Below, one piece after another: positions 24,888-34,821 of a stretch of DNA of 62,268 nt. The stretch comes from an uncultured Dehalococcoidia bacterium (GTDB taxonomy: Bacteria > Chloroflexota > Dehalococcoidia > Lucifugimonadales > UBA1127). The position numbers and the translations under genes were made by a program. The notes below the pieces were generated by a model. That model ran no database searches. It was not told where the DNA came from and saw only the letters and a program-made list of their open reading frames with translations. The stretch lies in assembly GCA_964436745.1 (NCBI GenBank), contig CAYTEC010000004.1, positions 1 through 62,268 on the forward strand. The letters are read 5' to 3'. Position 1 is the stretch's first letter. The number at the start of each line of letters is the position of its first letter.

Positions 24888-26171
24888 TCAGTCGGGGGAA
24901 GTGAGGCGGTACACCCGGCCGTCGAATGCGAGGATGTACAGTTCGCCGTCCGGTCCCTCTCCGAACGAAGGGATCTGGAGCCCCGTGTCCGCGACGAGCG
25001 CCCGCTCGGCAACCTCCCGGCCGTCGAACCGAAGCGCCCAGACCTGCCCGCCGCAGAAGTCGGCGTAGACGTAGGCCCCGGCGAGGGCCGGCAGCCGGCT
25101 GCCCCGGTAGACGTAGCCGCCGGTGACCGAGCACGTGCCTCGCTCCAGGGGGTACTCCACCACCGGCGGAAGCATGTCCGAGCGGTCGCACGCGCTCCGG
25201 GAGGGCGGGTAGCAGTGGCTCCCCTCAGCAACGTTCCAGCCGTAATTGCCGCCCGGCACGATCAGATCGATCTCCTCGTACGCGTTCTGGCCAACGTCGC
25301 CCGCCCACAGGTCGCCGGTTGCCCGGTCGAAGGAGAACCGCCAGGGGTTGCGCAATCCGTAGGCCCACACCTCGTTTCGCGCGCCCGGATCGCCGACGAA
25401 CGGGTTGCCCGGCGGAATCGTGTAGCCTCGGGCGTCATCGGCCGCCGATGGGTCGATGCGAAGGATCGCGCCCAGCATCGTGCCGGGGTCCTGTCCGTTG
25501 CCGAGAGGGTCGCCGCCGGCGCCGCCATCCCCAAGGCCGATGTACAAGAAGCCGTCCGGTCCGAAGGCGATGTTCCCCCCGTTGTGGTTCGGGTACGGCT
25601 GAAGCGCCTCCAGGATCAGTCTTTCGCTGGCCGGGTCGGCAAGGCCGGAGTCGTCGCCCCGCGCCGCGAAGCTGGAGACGACCGAGCGTCTGGGCCCTGA
25701 AGCGGTGTACGAGACGTAGAACCGGCCGCTGGTGGCGTATTCCGGGCCGAAGGCCAGCCCCAGCAGACCCTCCTCGTTGCCGGTGGCGTTCACTCGGTCG
25801 CGGATGTCCAGGAACTCCGTCGGCTCCGCGTCCCCATCGGGGTCGAACACCATGACCAGGCCTTGCTGAAGGGCCAGGTAGAGGAGGCCCGCGCCGTCCC
25901 CGGCGTGGGTAAGGACCACCATCCTGGGCAGGTCTACGTTGGGGAACGCCACCTCGACGCCCATGGAGCGGAGGGGTGCGGCCGTTGGGGTCGCCGCGTC
26001 GGCTGCCGTGGGGAGCGTGGGCTCGGGCGGCGCCGGTGGGGTGGGGGTTTCCGCAGCGCTCTCGCCCGTGGGGACGGCGGCCAGGGGCTCCTGGGGGCCG
26101 GGCTGGCCGCACGCCGCCAGGGCCGTCAGACCGAACGCCAGGGAGGCTAGCACCCGCAATGATTTGGGCAT
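24888..26171 (-). CDS. PQQ-dependent sugar dehydrogenase (soluble aldose/sorbosone dehydrogenase family), lipoprotein
   Basis: Signal with lipobox LTALAAC. HNGG, GLGDGG and GLRNPWRFSFD motifs of the beta-propeller SGDH family. Confidence 0.8.
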   Translation of the reverse strand: MPKSLRVLASLAFGLTALAACGQPGPQEPLAAVPTGESAAETPTPPAPPEPTLPTAADAATPTAAPLRSMGVEVAFPNVDLPRMVVLTHAGDGAGLLYLALQQGLVMVFDPDGDAEPTEFLDIRDRVNATGNEEGLLGLAFGPEYATSGRFYVSYTASGPRRSVVSSFAARGDDSGLADPASERLILEALQPYPNHNGGNIAFGPDGFLYIGLGDGGAGGDPLGNGQDPGTMLGAILRIDPSAADDARGYTIPPGNPFVGDPGARNEVWAYGLRNPWRFSFDRATGDLWAGDVGQNAYEEIDLIVPGGNYGWNVAEGSHCYPPSRSACDRSDMLPPVVEYPLERGTCSVTGGYVYRGSRLPALAGAYVYADFCGGQVWALRFDGREVAERALVADTGLQIPSFGEGPDGELYILAFDGRVYRLTSPD

Positions 26172-26248
26172 CAGTCAAGGATAGCGAGGCAGGGCCGCGC
26201 GCTCAAGGTGGTGGGCGCGGACGAAGCTCTGGCGGACGCCCCTAACCC

Positions 26249-26277
26249 TTGTCAAGCCCCTTACTTTCTGATAGCAT
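26249..26277 (+). promoter_or_regulatory. candidate promoter (TTGTCA-N17-TAGCAT) for the HxlR gene
   Basis: ccTTGTCAagccccttactttctgaTAGCATcct, about 35 nt upstream of ATG 26312. Confidence 0.45.
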
Positions 26278-26311
26278 CCTCCCTGTTACCCTGTAGTGAG
26301 CGGAGGGAGCG

Positions 26312-26686
26312 ATGAACTTCGAGGTGATGTGTCCGCGCTACCAGGCCGCCATGGCGATCCTGGGTAGGAAGTGGACCGGGCTGATCCTGCGTTCGCTCAT
26401 GGGGGGGCCGCGCCGGTTTACCGAAATGGCCGCCTACGTGCCCGGCCTGAGCGACCGTCTGCTCTCCCAACGGCTCCACGAGCTGGAGGAGGCGGGCATC
26501 GTGGCGCGGCGAGTGTACTCGGAGCGCCCCGTGCAGGTCGAGTATTCCCTCACGTCCCAGGGCCAGGCGCTGCGGGAGGTCGTCGAGGCCGTCCAGCGCT
26601 GGGCCGACCACTGGGGCCCGCGGCCCGCGGAAGCCGCGACCGGAAGCAACGGCCGCGATGTGCCTGCCGAGGCCTTGGTCCGCTAG
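26312..26686 (+). CDS. HxlR family (winged-helix) transcriptional regulator
   Basis: CPRYQAAMAILGRKWTGLILRSL..GPRRFTEM...GLSDRLLSQRLHELEEAGIV.R.VY...P.VEYSLT..G. Confidence 0.85.
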   Translation: MNFEVMCPRYQAAMAILGRKWTGLILRSLMGGPRRFTEMAAYVPGLSDRLLSQRLHELEEAGIVARRVYSERPVQVEYSLTSQGQALREVVEAVQRWADHWGPRPAEAATGSNGRDVPAEALVR

Positions 26687-26782
26687 GTGTCCCAACGGCG
26701 TGTGTCGCCGCCCGGCGATTCGATCCCCCGGGGCAGTCCGCGTGGGTTCGCGCGTCACGGGTAAGATTTGGAGGAAGAGCCG

Positions 26783-26995
26783 ATGGAGTTGCCGGTCGTA
26801 TTCACCCTGGTGGCTTGCCCCGCGTGCGACGCCCTCAAGTCGTCTTGGGCCGAGCAGAGCATCGAGTACGAGGAGCGCCGCGTGGATCTGCGGCAGGAGT
26901 GGATGGACGAGGCGCGCACATACGGCGACGTGGTCCCGATCGTGGTCTACCCGGACGGGCGGGTGGAGGAGGGGTTCCCCGGGGTGATGGGCTGA
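26783..26995 (+). CDS. glutaredoxin-like protein (CPAC active site)
   Basis: VVFTLVACPACDALK.. with a thioredoxin-fold layout. SD GGAGGAAG before ATG 26783. Confidence 0.7.
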   Translation: MELPVVFTLVACPACDALKSSWAEQSIEYEERRVDLRQEWMDEARTYGDVVPIVVYPDGRVEEGFPGVMG

Positions 26996-27095
26996 CACAT
27001 CGGCTAGCGGGCCGTGGGCCCGCTTTCAGTGAGGCTCGCTCGCGTGAGTGGGCCTGTGTCTGGTGCGAACGATGCCGGAGATTCGGGAGGACAAC

Positions 27096-27689
27096 ATGGC
27101 TGACAAGACGAGCGTGGTGACAGCGGAGCGATTCGCGCAGGGACTCTCGTACGAGACCTACCTGGCGCAGATCAACGTGAACAAGGACCGGTTCGAGCTG
27201 TACAACGAGACTGCGAAAGAGGCTCTGGTCGACGAGGACGTGGCCTTCTTCCGCGAAGCTGCTGAGCGCCCGGGCGGCGCGGCCAAAGTGCTGGTGATCG
27301 GCGAGGACTGGTGCCCCGATGTCTTCCGAGGGATGCCGCTGATGGCTCGCATCGCCGAGGTAGCCGGGATGGAGATGCAGGTCTTCCCCCGGGACACACA
27401 CATGGACATCATGAACGAGTTCCTCAACAAGGGTGAGTTCCTGTCCATCCCGGTCTTCGTGTTCTACACGAAGGACCAAGAGTACCTCTGCCACTGGATC
27501 GAGCGGCCGGTCCAGGCCAACGAGGAGATGCCTCGCATCAGGGAGCAGGTCCAGCAAGAGTTGGCTGGAAAGGACGAGCAGGAGGTCCGCCAGGAGTCTC
27601 GGGCCCGGACCAACGCCCGGTTCCCGGCCTGGCAGCGTGCCTCCGTCCTGGAGCTGCGCGACCTGTTGTCGAACGCCATTGGTGGGTGA
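27096..27689 (+). CDS. thioredoxin-like family protein (single-Cys WCPD motif)
   Basis: ..KVLVIGEDWCPDVFRGMP.. and ..SIPVFVFY.. are typical of thioredoxin-fold proteins. SD GGGAGGA. Confidence 0.6.
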   Translation: MADKTSVVTAERFAQGLSYETYLAQINVNKDRFELYNETAKEALVDEDVAFFREAAERPGGAAKVLVIGEDWCPDVFRGMPLMARIAEVAGMEMQVFPRDTHMDIMNEFLNKGEFLSIPVFVFYTKDQEYLCHWIERPVQANEEMPRIREQVQQELAGKDEQEVRQESRARTNARFPAWQRASVLELRDLLSNAIGG

Positions 27690-27730
27690 CTCGGGGCCCC
27701 TTCCCCGGGCGCTAGCTGGAACCCCTTCGA

Positions 27731-27753
27731 GGCCGGGAGGCGTCCCGGCCTTG
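27731..27753 (+). terminator. hairpin after the thioredoxin-like gene
   Basis: GGCCGGGA-GGCG-TCCCGGCC followed by TTGACC. The T-tract is weak. Confidence 0.35.
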
Positions 27754-27867
27754 ACCGTCGCGCGCCACGCGCCAACCCGGTCGACCGGACTGTGGTCGCC
27801 GCGTGCGAGCCGTACCGGGACCGAGCTGGGGCTCGTGGCTCGATGACGCGGCTGGAGATGTAGGTAT

Positions 27868-29238
27868 ATGGAAGACCCCGGGATGCGGAGGAATCGGCGC
27901 ACGGAGGCCCGACCCGACTCGAACGGATCCAGCGCGGGTCCGCCCGGCGGGCCGGGGATGCCTGGCGGCATGGGGGCTCGCGGCGGTATGGGGGCTTCGC
28001 CGCTGCGCTCTCGCGCCGGCATCAAGCGGACCTTCGAGTCTCTCGGGCACGCGGGGTACCGGAACCTCTGGATCGGGCTCATGCTGCAGATGGGCGCAAT
28101 GCAGATGCAGATGCTGGCCCGCGGGTACTTCGTATACGAGCTGACCGGCTCCCCCGCCCTGCTTGGGGTGGTCACGGCGGCGGCGGCCATACCCGCGCTG
28201 ATCTTCGGGCTCTTTGGCGGCGTGCTGGCGGACCGGGTGGAGAAGAAGAAGATCATCCAGGCGGGGCAGGTGATCTCCGTCCTCCTCGCGCTCTTCGTCG
28301 CCGTGTCCATCACCACGGGCACCGTAACTTGGCAGCACCTGCTCGTCGCATCCGTCGTCCAGGGAACCGTCATGCCCCTGATGATGCCGGCGCGGCAGGC
28401 GATCATCCCGCAGCTTGTGGGGCGGGAGCGGATGATGAACGCCGTGGCCCTCAACTCCATGGCGATGAGCCTGACGACGATGGTGGCGCCGGCGCTCGCG
28501 GGGGGGATCATCTCGGGGATCGGGATCGGCGCGACGTACTATCTCATTGCGGGAATGAACGTGCTGGCCATCGTGTTCACGCAGCTCCTTCCGCGGCTCC
28601 AGGCGGGCGCCGCCAGGCCAGCGAGGTCCCCTCTCGGCGACCTGGCCGACGGCCTGCGATACGTCCGTGCCAACGGCACCCTGGTGATGCTTCTGCTCCT
28701 GGGGTTCTCCACGATGGTCCTGGCGATGCCCATCCGCTTCATCCTCCCCATCTTCGCGCGGGATGTGTTCGAGGTCGGATCGAGCGGGCTGGGCGGTATG
28801 ATGAGCCTGATGGGCCTGGGCAGCCTGGGCGGGGCGCTGGCTATCGCGTCCGCCGGCAAGCTGGCGCGCCGAGGGTTCCTGCTGGCAGCCGCCGGCCTGG
28901 TTTCCGGGGCGTTCCTGTTGGGCTTCGCGGCCGTGTCCGAATTCGCGCCCATGTACTACGCGGGCCTGGTGTTCATGGCTCTCATCGGCATGGTCCAGTC
29001 GGCACGGATGACCCTGAACAACAGCCTGATGATGGAGTACTCCGCGGAGGAGTACCGGGGGCGGGTGATGGGCCTGTTTACGCTGAACATGGCCATCATG
29101 CCGGCGGGTGTGCTGCCGATCACCTTCGCCGTTGAGGCGATCGGTGCGCCGGGGGCGCTTGCCATCATGGCCTCCGCGCTGATGCTGATATCCGGGGCCG
29201 TGCTGGTCGGCAGCAGGGCGTTGCGACGGCTGGAGTAG
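27868..29238 (+). CDS. MFS transporter (EntS/MFS_3-like family)
   Basis: ..YRNLWIGLML.. and ..GGVLADRVEKKKI.. with 12 TM-like segments. The Gly/Met-rich N-terminal extension makes the exact start uncertain. Confidence 0.8.
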   Translation: MEDPGMRRNRRTEARPDSNGSSAGPPGGPGMPGGMGARGGMGASPLRSRAGIKRTFESLGHAGYRNLWIGLMLQMGAMQMQMLARGYFVYELTGSPALLGVVTAAAAIPALIFGLFGGVLADRVEKKKIIQAGQVISVLLALFVAVSITTGTVTWQHLLVASVVQGTVMPLMMPARQAIIPQLVGRERMMNAVALNSMAMSLTTMVAPALAGGIISGIGIGATYYLIAGMNVLAIVFTQLLPRLQAGAARPARSPLGDLADGLRYVRANGTLVMLLLLGFSTMVLAMPIRFILPIFARDVFEVGSSGLGGMMSLMGLGSLGGALAIASAGKLARRGFLLAAAGLVSGAFLLGFAAVSEFAPMYYAGLVFMALIGMVQSARMTLNNSLMMEYSAEEYRGRVMGLFTLNMAIMPAGVLPITFAVEAIGAPGALAIMASALMLISGAVLVGSRALRRLE

Positions 29239-29323
29239 GCGTCCTTCGACGGGCGGCCTGGCGCCGCCGGGCTATCCCACCCCGCGTCTCTGGTTCCGAA
29301 GGGCGAGAGGAGAATACGTAGAT

Positions 29324-30652
29324 ATGGCGTCGCAGCCGCCCCCACGGGGGAGTACGGCGAGCCACGGGCTCCTCGGCGGCGGGCTGAGGGCGTTCAGCTA
29401 CAGCCAGTTCCGCGTGCTGTGGGGGGCGTCCCTCCTGTCCATCATGTCCTTCTTCATGCTGATCATCGCCCGCGGGTGGCTGATCCTAGACATGACGGAC
29501 TCCCCATTCATGGTCACGGCGGTGCAGGCCGTCTCCATGGCCCCCATGATGGTGTTGCCGCCCTTCGGGGGCGTCATCGCGGACCGAATGGACCGTAGGG
29601 TCGTCCTGATCGTCAGCGATGCGGCCAACCTCGCGATCCTGCTTGCCCTGGCCATCCTGCTGCTCTTGGAGATGGCCCAGGTCTGGCACGTCTTCGTGCT
29701 GGCGGTGCTCAACGGCGTCAGCTTCTCGCTGACGATGCCGGCGCGGGCCGCCGCGGTGCCCGAACTCGTGGCGCCCGAGGATATTGCGAACGGCACGTCC
29801 ATCTATTCCACGATATTCAGCACCTCCCAGCTGATCGGACCCGCCTTCGCGGGGTACCTGATGAAAATCGACCCGGAGCAATTTGGGTGGGCGTTTCTGG
29901 CGGCCTCTCTCATGCTCGTGCCAGCGATGGGGCTGCTCACCAGGCTTCGGCTGCCCCGCTCGGCCGGTGGGGGCAGGGAGTCCGTGCTGGGGAGCATCGC
30001 GGAGGGCGTCTCCTACATTAGAATGAGGAGCCTCCTGGTGGGGCTGCTTCTGCTGGGCATGGTTTTCTCCATCTTTGGGATGCCGTACCAGGCGCTCTTG
30101 CCCGTGTTCGCGCGTGATGTCCTCGGCGCCGGGCCGGACGGCCTGGGGCTGCTGGGGGCGTTCGGAGGGGCGGGAGCTATTGTGGGCTCGCTAGTGGTCG
30201 CCTACATGAGCGACCCAAGGCAGCTCAAGACCCTGATGATCTGGGGGGGGATCGGGTTCGGCGGGCTCGTGGTCGTCTTTGGCCTGTCGTCCGTCTTCGC
30301 CCTGTCGCTGATACTGTCCCTCGGGCTGGGGTTCCTCATGCAGGTGTTCATCACGGCCAACTTCGCCCTCCTGCAGGTGACTTCCCCGGAGCACGTGCGT
30401 GGGCGGGTGCTCGGCATCCGGTTCCTGGTGATGGGCCTTGGGCCGGTTGGAATCTTCGTGCTTGGGTATGTTGCCGAGGCGTTCAGCCCCCAAACGGCGC
30501 TCGCGTCTATGGGGGTGCTGGGCGTCGTGCTCACAGCCGGCGTGGTCCTCTCCTTCCCCGCCCTGAGAAGGGCCGAGAGCGAGGTGGCGGAGATGTCGGC
30601 CACGCCACCCGATGGAAGCGTGGGGGCGCCGGCCACGGAAGCCGCAGGCTAG
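29324..30652 (+). CDS. MFS transporter (EntS/MFS_3-like family)
   Basis: ..FRVLWGASLLS.. and ..GGVIADRMDRRVV.. Tandem paralogue of 27868..29238. Confidence 0.8.
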   Translation: MASQPPPRGSTASHGLLGGGLRAFSYSQFRVLWGASLLSIMSFFMLIIARGWLILDMTDSPFMVTAVQAVSMAPMMVLPPFGGVIADRMDRRVVLIVSDAANLAILLALAILLLLEMAQVWHVFVLAVLNGVSFSLTMPARAAAVPELVAPEDIANGTSIYSTIFSTSQLIGPAFAGYLMKIDPEQFGWAFLAASLMLVPAMGLLTRLRLPRSAGGGRESVLGSIAEGVSYIRMRSLLVGLLLLGMVFSIFGMPYQALLPVFARDVLGAGPDGLGLLGAFGGAGAIVGSLVVAYMSDPRQLKTLMIWGGIGFGGLVVVFGLSSVFALSLILSLGLGFLMQVFITANFALLQVTSPEHVRGRVLGIRFLVMGLGPVGIFVLGYVAEAFSPQTALASMGVLGVVLTAGVVLSFPALRRAESEVAEMSATPPDGSVGAPATEAAG

Positions 30653-30736
30653 AGTGCCGATGCTGCTTACCGACCCGACGAAGCGACGAGCCCGCTCGAG
30701 GCGGGCTCAGAATTGGACCTGGAACGGGGGACGTGC

Positions 30737-31714
30737 ATGCCGGAGCAGATAACGTGCCACACCTTTTCGTCCCTGGGGGGCGCCTGGGAAGAGCTCCTGG
30801 GCTATTGCAAGATGGACTCCGTCTTCCTGACCCCCCGGTGGCAGCGGCTGTGGTGGGAGCACTTCGGCGTGGAGGAGGGGTTGCTGCTCCTCTCGTTCCA
30901 AGAGGGAGCTGATCCCGTCGGCATCGCTCCACTCCAGCGCCAGGGCGACACAATCTCCTTTCTGGGAGACACCGACCTGTTCGACTACCATGACTTCATC
31001 GTGCCCGCGGGCCGCGAAGAGGCCTTCTACCCGATGCTGGTGGATGCACTGGCGCGGGAATCATGGGACCGTATCTACCTGCCTTCCGTGCCGGAGGGCT
31101 CGCCGACCCTGAAGTACCTCCCAGCGCTCGCCGCCGAGCGGGGCTGGACCTGCGAGGTGGAGCGGGAGGACGTGTCGCCGGGTGTGTCCCTGCCTTCGGA
31201 CTGGGAAGAGTACCTCTCGGGACTATCGAAGAAGCACCGCCATGAGCTGCGTCGGAAGTTCCGCCGCCTGCAGGCCGTGCCCTCCGTCCGGACCGAGGCG
31301 TTCTCCACCGCGGAGGCTGTCGAGGGCCGCATGGACGAGTTCTTCGCGCTCATGCGGCGGAGCATGGAGGCGAAGAGCCGGTTCCTCACGCCAGAGCGCG
31401 AGGGTTTCTTCCGGAGCATGGCCGCCGCGCTGGCCGGCGACGGCGTGGCGCAGCTTTGGTTTCTGGATGTGGACGGACGCGTGGCCGCCGCGACCCTCTG
31501 CTTCGACTATCAGGGCACGCGCTTCCTGTACAACAGCGGCTTCGACCCGGACTTCTCCGACCTGAGCGTTGGCCTCCTCCTGAAGGCCACCTGCATTCGG
31601 GACGCCATCGAGCGCGGGTTGGGCTACTTCGACTTCCTCCGCGGCGACGAACAGTACAAGTACCACCTTGGGGGCCAGGACCGAACGGTCCATCAGATGA
31701 CCGTCACCCGGTAG
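30737..31714 (+). CDS. GNAT-fold acetyltransferase, CelD/BioF2-like family
   Basis: ..FLTPRWQRLWWEHFG.., ..KKHRHELRRKFRRL.. and C-terminal ..FDFLRGDEQYKYHLG.. characterise this family. Confidence 0.65.
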   Translation: MPEQITCHTFSSLGGAWEELLGYCKMDSVFLTPRWQRLWWEHFGVEEGLLLLSFQEGADPVGIAPLQRQGDTISFLGDTDLFDYHDFIVPAGREEAFYPMLVDALARESWDRIYLPSVPEGSPTLKYLPALAAERGWTCEVEREDVSPGVSLPSDWEEYLSGLSKKHRHELRRKFRRLQAVPSVRTEAFSTAEAVEGRMDEFFALMRRSMEAKSRFLTPEREGFFRSMAAALAGDGVAQLWFLDVDGRVAAATLCFDYQGTRFLYNSGFDPDFSDLSVGLLLKATCIRDAIERGLGYFDFLRGDEQYKYHLGGQDRTVHQMTVTR

Positions 31715-31779
31715 GCCTGGACGCGGCGGGCCAGCCCTCGGGCCGCACGCGCTCAGATCTCGAATCATTGGGGCCCACC

Positions 31780-32697
31780 ATGCGGATCCTCATCACCGGC
31801 GCCACCGGCTTCCTCGGCTCGTACCTGGCCGTCCGGCTCAAAGAGGCAGGCCACGCGGTCGCGGGGCTGTCGCGCCAGGGAGACCGGGGCCGCCGCGCGA
31901 CTCACGCGCTCAGCGCCATGACCCGCTGGGATCCGGCGTCGGAGATGCCCCCGCTAGAAGCCTTGGAGGGCGTCGACGTGGTGGTCAACCTGGCGGGCGA
32001 GGGCCTGGTAGGGCGGTGGACCGCCGAGAAGAAGCGCGCCATCCGCGACAGCCGGATCCTCGGCACTCGCAATCTTGTCGCCGCTATGGCCGCCATGTCG
32101 TCGCCTCGGCCCGGAGTCCTCGTATCGATGAGCGCGTCGGGCTACCACGGCGAAGCCGGCGACGAGACCCTTGACGAGGGGTCGCCTCCCGGTGGGGGCT
32201 TCCTGGCGGGCGTGGTGGCGGATTGGGAGGGGGAGGCCGCGCGGGCGGAGGACCTGGGTGTCCGGGTGGCGCTGCTGCGGACGGGCATCGTGCTTGGGAA
32301 CGGGGGGGCGCTTCGGCGGCTGCTGCCGACGGCGAGGCTCGGTCTGGGTGGGCCCCTGGGGAGCGGGCGCCAGTGGTGGTCGTGGGTCCACATCGCCGAT
32401 CTCGCGGGTGCGGTGGAGCATGTCATGGGGGGGGACGTTAGCGGGCCCGTGGTGGTGGCAGCTCCGGACCCGGTCCGCCAGAGAGAATTCGCGGCCACCC
32501 TGGGGCGTGTCCTGCGTCGCCCCGCGGTGGCGCCGGTCCCCGCGTGGGCGCTTCGGCTGGGGCTGGGCGAGGTGGCGACGGAGTTGATGTGGAGCCGTCG
32601 CATGACGCCGCGGCGTCTGCTGGACACCGGGTTCGCCTTCCACTTCCCGACGCTGGAACGCGCGCTGCGTGACCTGCTGACCCCTAGCGGCGGGTGA
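31780..32697 (+). CDS. TIGR01777/YfcH-family NAD-dependent epimerase-like protein (DUF1731 C-terminus)
   Basis: MRILITGATGFLGS.. Rossmann motif, ..GSGRQWWSWVHIADL.. and ..P.RLLD.GF.F.FP.LE.AL.DLL. Confidence 0.8.
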   Translation: MRILITGATGFLGSYLAVRLKEAGHAVAGLSRQGDRGRRATHALSAMTRWDPASEMPPLEALEGVDVVVNLAGEGLVGRWTAEKKRAIRDSRILGTRNLVAAMAAMSSPRPGVLVSMSASGYHGEAGDETLDEGSPPGGGFLAGVVADWEGEAARAEDLGVRVALLRTGIVLGNGGALRRLLPTARLGLGGPLGSGRQWWSWVHIADLAGAVEHVMGGDVSGPVVVAAPDPVRQREFAATLGRVLRRPAVAPVPAWALRLGLGEVATELMWSRRMTPRRLLDTGFAFHFPTLERALRDLLTPSGG

Positions 32698-32784
32698 GCG
32701 CCGCTCCGCCAGGGGAGGGTGCGCACGCTCCGGCGGCGCGCACCACATGGTACAATTCGACGGATTCATCCTCAGGCGGTGCCC

Positions 32785-34113
32785 ATGAACCAGGCGGGTC
32801 GGCCGACGCTCCGTGCCCGGCGCCTATCTCAGGTCTTCTACGGCTGGAAGTTGGTGGGCGTCACCGTCTTCACGCTCGCGGTGGTGATCAGTCCCATCTT
32901 CCAAGGTCTGGGGACCTTCTTCGTGGCCCTGGAGCGGCAGTTCGGCTGGAGCCGCACGGCCCTCTCCGGGGCCTTCGCCCTCAGCCGCGCGGAGGGGGCG
33001 ATCCTCGGTCCCGTCGAGGGCTATCTGACCGACCGGTTCGGCGCGCGCCGAATGGTCCTTGTCGGGCTGCTGGTGCTCGGGGCTGGCTTCATCGCTTTGA
33101 GCCGCATAAACGGGATCGTCGACTTCTACGTTGCCTTCCTGGTCATCACGGGGGGGGCGGGGATCGGCGGGTTCCTGCCGCTGGTGACCGCCATCAACCA
33201 CTGGTTTGTGCGGCGTCGGGCCACGGCGATGGCCATCGGGATGACCGGCATCAACCTCGGTGGCTTGCTGGTGCCGGCCCTCGCCTGGTCCGTGGACTCG
33301 CTCGGCTGGCGGCCGACCTCCATGGGCCTGGGGATCGGCATCATGACACTCGCATTTCCCCTCGCGCGGCTCGTGCGCAACCGCCCCGAGGAGTACGGGC
33401 TACGCCCGGACGGCGACCCTCCCCTCCCCGCAGCGGGTGAGGGCGTCACGGCTATCGGCGACGACGGGGACGACGAGGACAGCTTCACCCTGGGCGAGGC
33501 GATCCGAACCCCCGCCTTCTGGGCCATCACCGCCGCCCACGGCTTCTCCGCCGTGGCTGCCGTGACCGTGTCGGTGCACATCATCCCCGCGCTGACCGAC
33601 ATGGACATGTCGCTGACGGCCGCGGCGACGGTCGTCACCGCGTTCACCATGACCGGCGTCATCTTCCAGGTGCTCGGGGGCCTGATCGGCGACCGGGTCT
33701 CCAAGCCCCCGGCCATTGCCGCCTTCGTGTCAATCCAGGGACTGGGGATGGTTGTCGCGGCCACCATCAGGACGGTGCCGGGCGCGTATCTCTTCGCGGT
33801 GCTGTACGGGATCGGGTTCGGCGGGCGGGTGCCCCTGCTGACGGCGATACGCGGCGACTACTTCGGTCGGAAGAACTTCGCCACCATCTTCGGGGTCTCC
33901 CAGCTCCCCATGAACGTGGCCATGATGGGGGCGCCGCTGGCCGCGGGCTTTCTGTTCGACAACCTCGGCAGCTACATGATCCCGTTCCTGGGCGTCGCGG
34001 CGATGAATGGCATGGGGGCGGTGTTCATCCTGCTGGCGCGCAAGCCGGCGTCGCCGTCGGCCCACCGGGCGCGGGCCGGGGCGCCTGAGCGCCCGCCGAC
34101 TCAGGGCGGTTGA
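32785..34113 (+). CDS. MFS transporter (oxalate/formate antiporter-like family)
   Basis: ..VFYGWKLVGV.., ..FGWSRTALSGAF.. and ..YLTDRFGARRM.. Paralogue of 11553..12890. Confidence 0.8.
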   Translation: MNQAGRPTLRARRLSQVFYGWKLVGVTVFTLAVVISPIFQGLGTFFVALERQFGWSRTALSGAFALSRAEGAILGPVEGYLTDRFGARRMVLVGLLVLGAGFIALSRINGIVDFYVAFLVITGGAGIGGFLPLVTAINHWFVRRRATAMAIGMTGINLGGLLVPALAWSVDSLGWRPTSMGLGIGIMTLAFPLARLVRNRPEEYGLRPDGDPPLPAAGEGVTAIGDDGDDEDSFTLGEAIRTPAFWAITAAHGFSAVAAVTVSVHIIPALTDMDMSLTAAATVVTAFTMTGVIFQVLGGLIGDRVSKPPAIAAFVSIQGLGMVVAATIRTVPGAYLFAVLYGIGFGGRVPLLTAIRGDYFGRKNFATIFGVSQLPMNVAMMGAPLAAGFLFDNLGSYMIPFLGVAAMNGMGAVFILLARKPASPSAHRARAGAPERPPTQGG

Positions 34114-34124
34114 GAGGCGGTCCG

Positions 34125-34673
34125 ATGCGGAGCTACGACTACGGCCATCGGACCGGCGTTCTGCCCCTGTCATGGGACGAGGTCGCTTCCATCGCGGCCC
34201 GCGTCACGGAGGCCCTCCAGACAGAGCGCGTGGACATGGTCGTCGGCGTCGCCAGGGCGGGGCTGGTCCCCGCCGCGATGGTCGCTGCCGGCCTGCGGTG
34301 CGAGCTCTGCCCGGTGAGGGTCACCCGCCGAGTGGACGACCAGGTCCGCCACGCGTCCCCCGTGTGGAAGTCCCCGGTGCCCGGCGACGTGAAGGGCCGC
34401 CGCGTTGCCGTGGTGGATGAGATCGCCGACACGGGGGCGACGCTGCGAATCGTGTCGGCGGAGGTGGAGGCGCGGGGGGCTTCCCATGTCGTGACCGCGT
34501 GCCTCGTGAGCCATAGCTGGGCCTCGCCGGCGCCCACCGTGTCTGGCGTGGTGACCGATGCGCTTGTTGTCTTCCCCTGGGACCGGTGGGTGCTGATCGA
34601 CGGCGAGTGGCGCCTTCACCCAGAGCTGGAGGATGCACTGAAGCTCCAAGGTCTTGACGAGAAGCTGCCGTGA
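34125..34673 (+). CDS. phosphoribosyltransferase family protein
   Basis: PRPP-binding motif VAVVDEIADTGATL. Start at ATG 34125. Confidence 0.75.
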   Translation: MRSYDYGHRTGVLPLSWDEVASIAARVTEALQTERVDMVVGVARAGLVPAAMVAAGLRCELCPVRVTRRVDDQVRHASPVWKSPVPGDVKGRRVAVVDEIADTGATLRIVSAEVEARGASHVVTACLVSHSWASPAPTVSGVVTDALVVFPWDRWVLIDGEWRLHPELEDALKLQGLDEKLP

Positions 34674-34821
34674 CGGTCTGGCGGGCCGGCGCAGTGCCCG
34701 GGTTCAAGGCATAGGCGGGTCCTCCAGAGTGGAAGCACCTGGGGGGGCGGAGACTCAGTTTATGCGGGGGGGTCTCCTGGCGTAGAATAGTCTCCCGGCG
34801 AAGAACCATCAGGAGGGAAGC

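Noticed and set aside
26835-28511. 558-aa ORF on the minus strand. Similar long ORFs include 21555..23366 (+, 603 aa), 55550..56860 (+, 436 aa), 12972..14336 (-, 454 aa), 8387..9580 (-, 397 aa) and 4015..4812 (-, 265 aa).
   Set aside because: They lie antisense to, or out of frame with, genes that have clear family motifs. Their products are Arg/Pro/Gly/Ala-rich low-complexity strings typical of shadow ORFs in high-GC DNA. They have no SDs.
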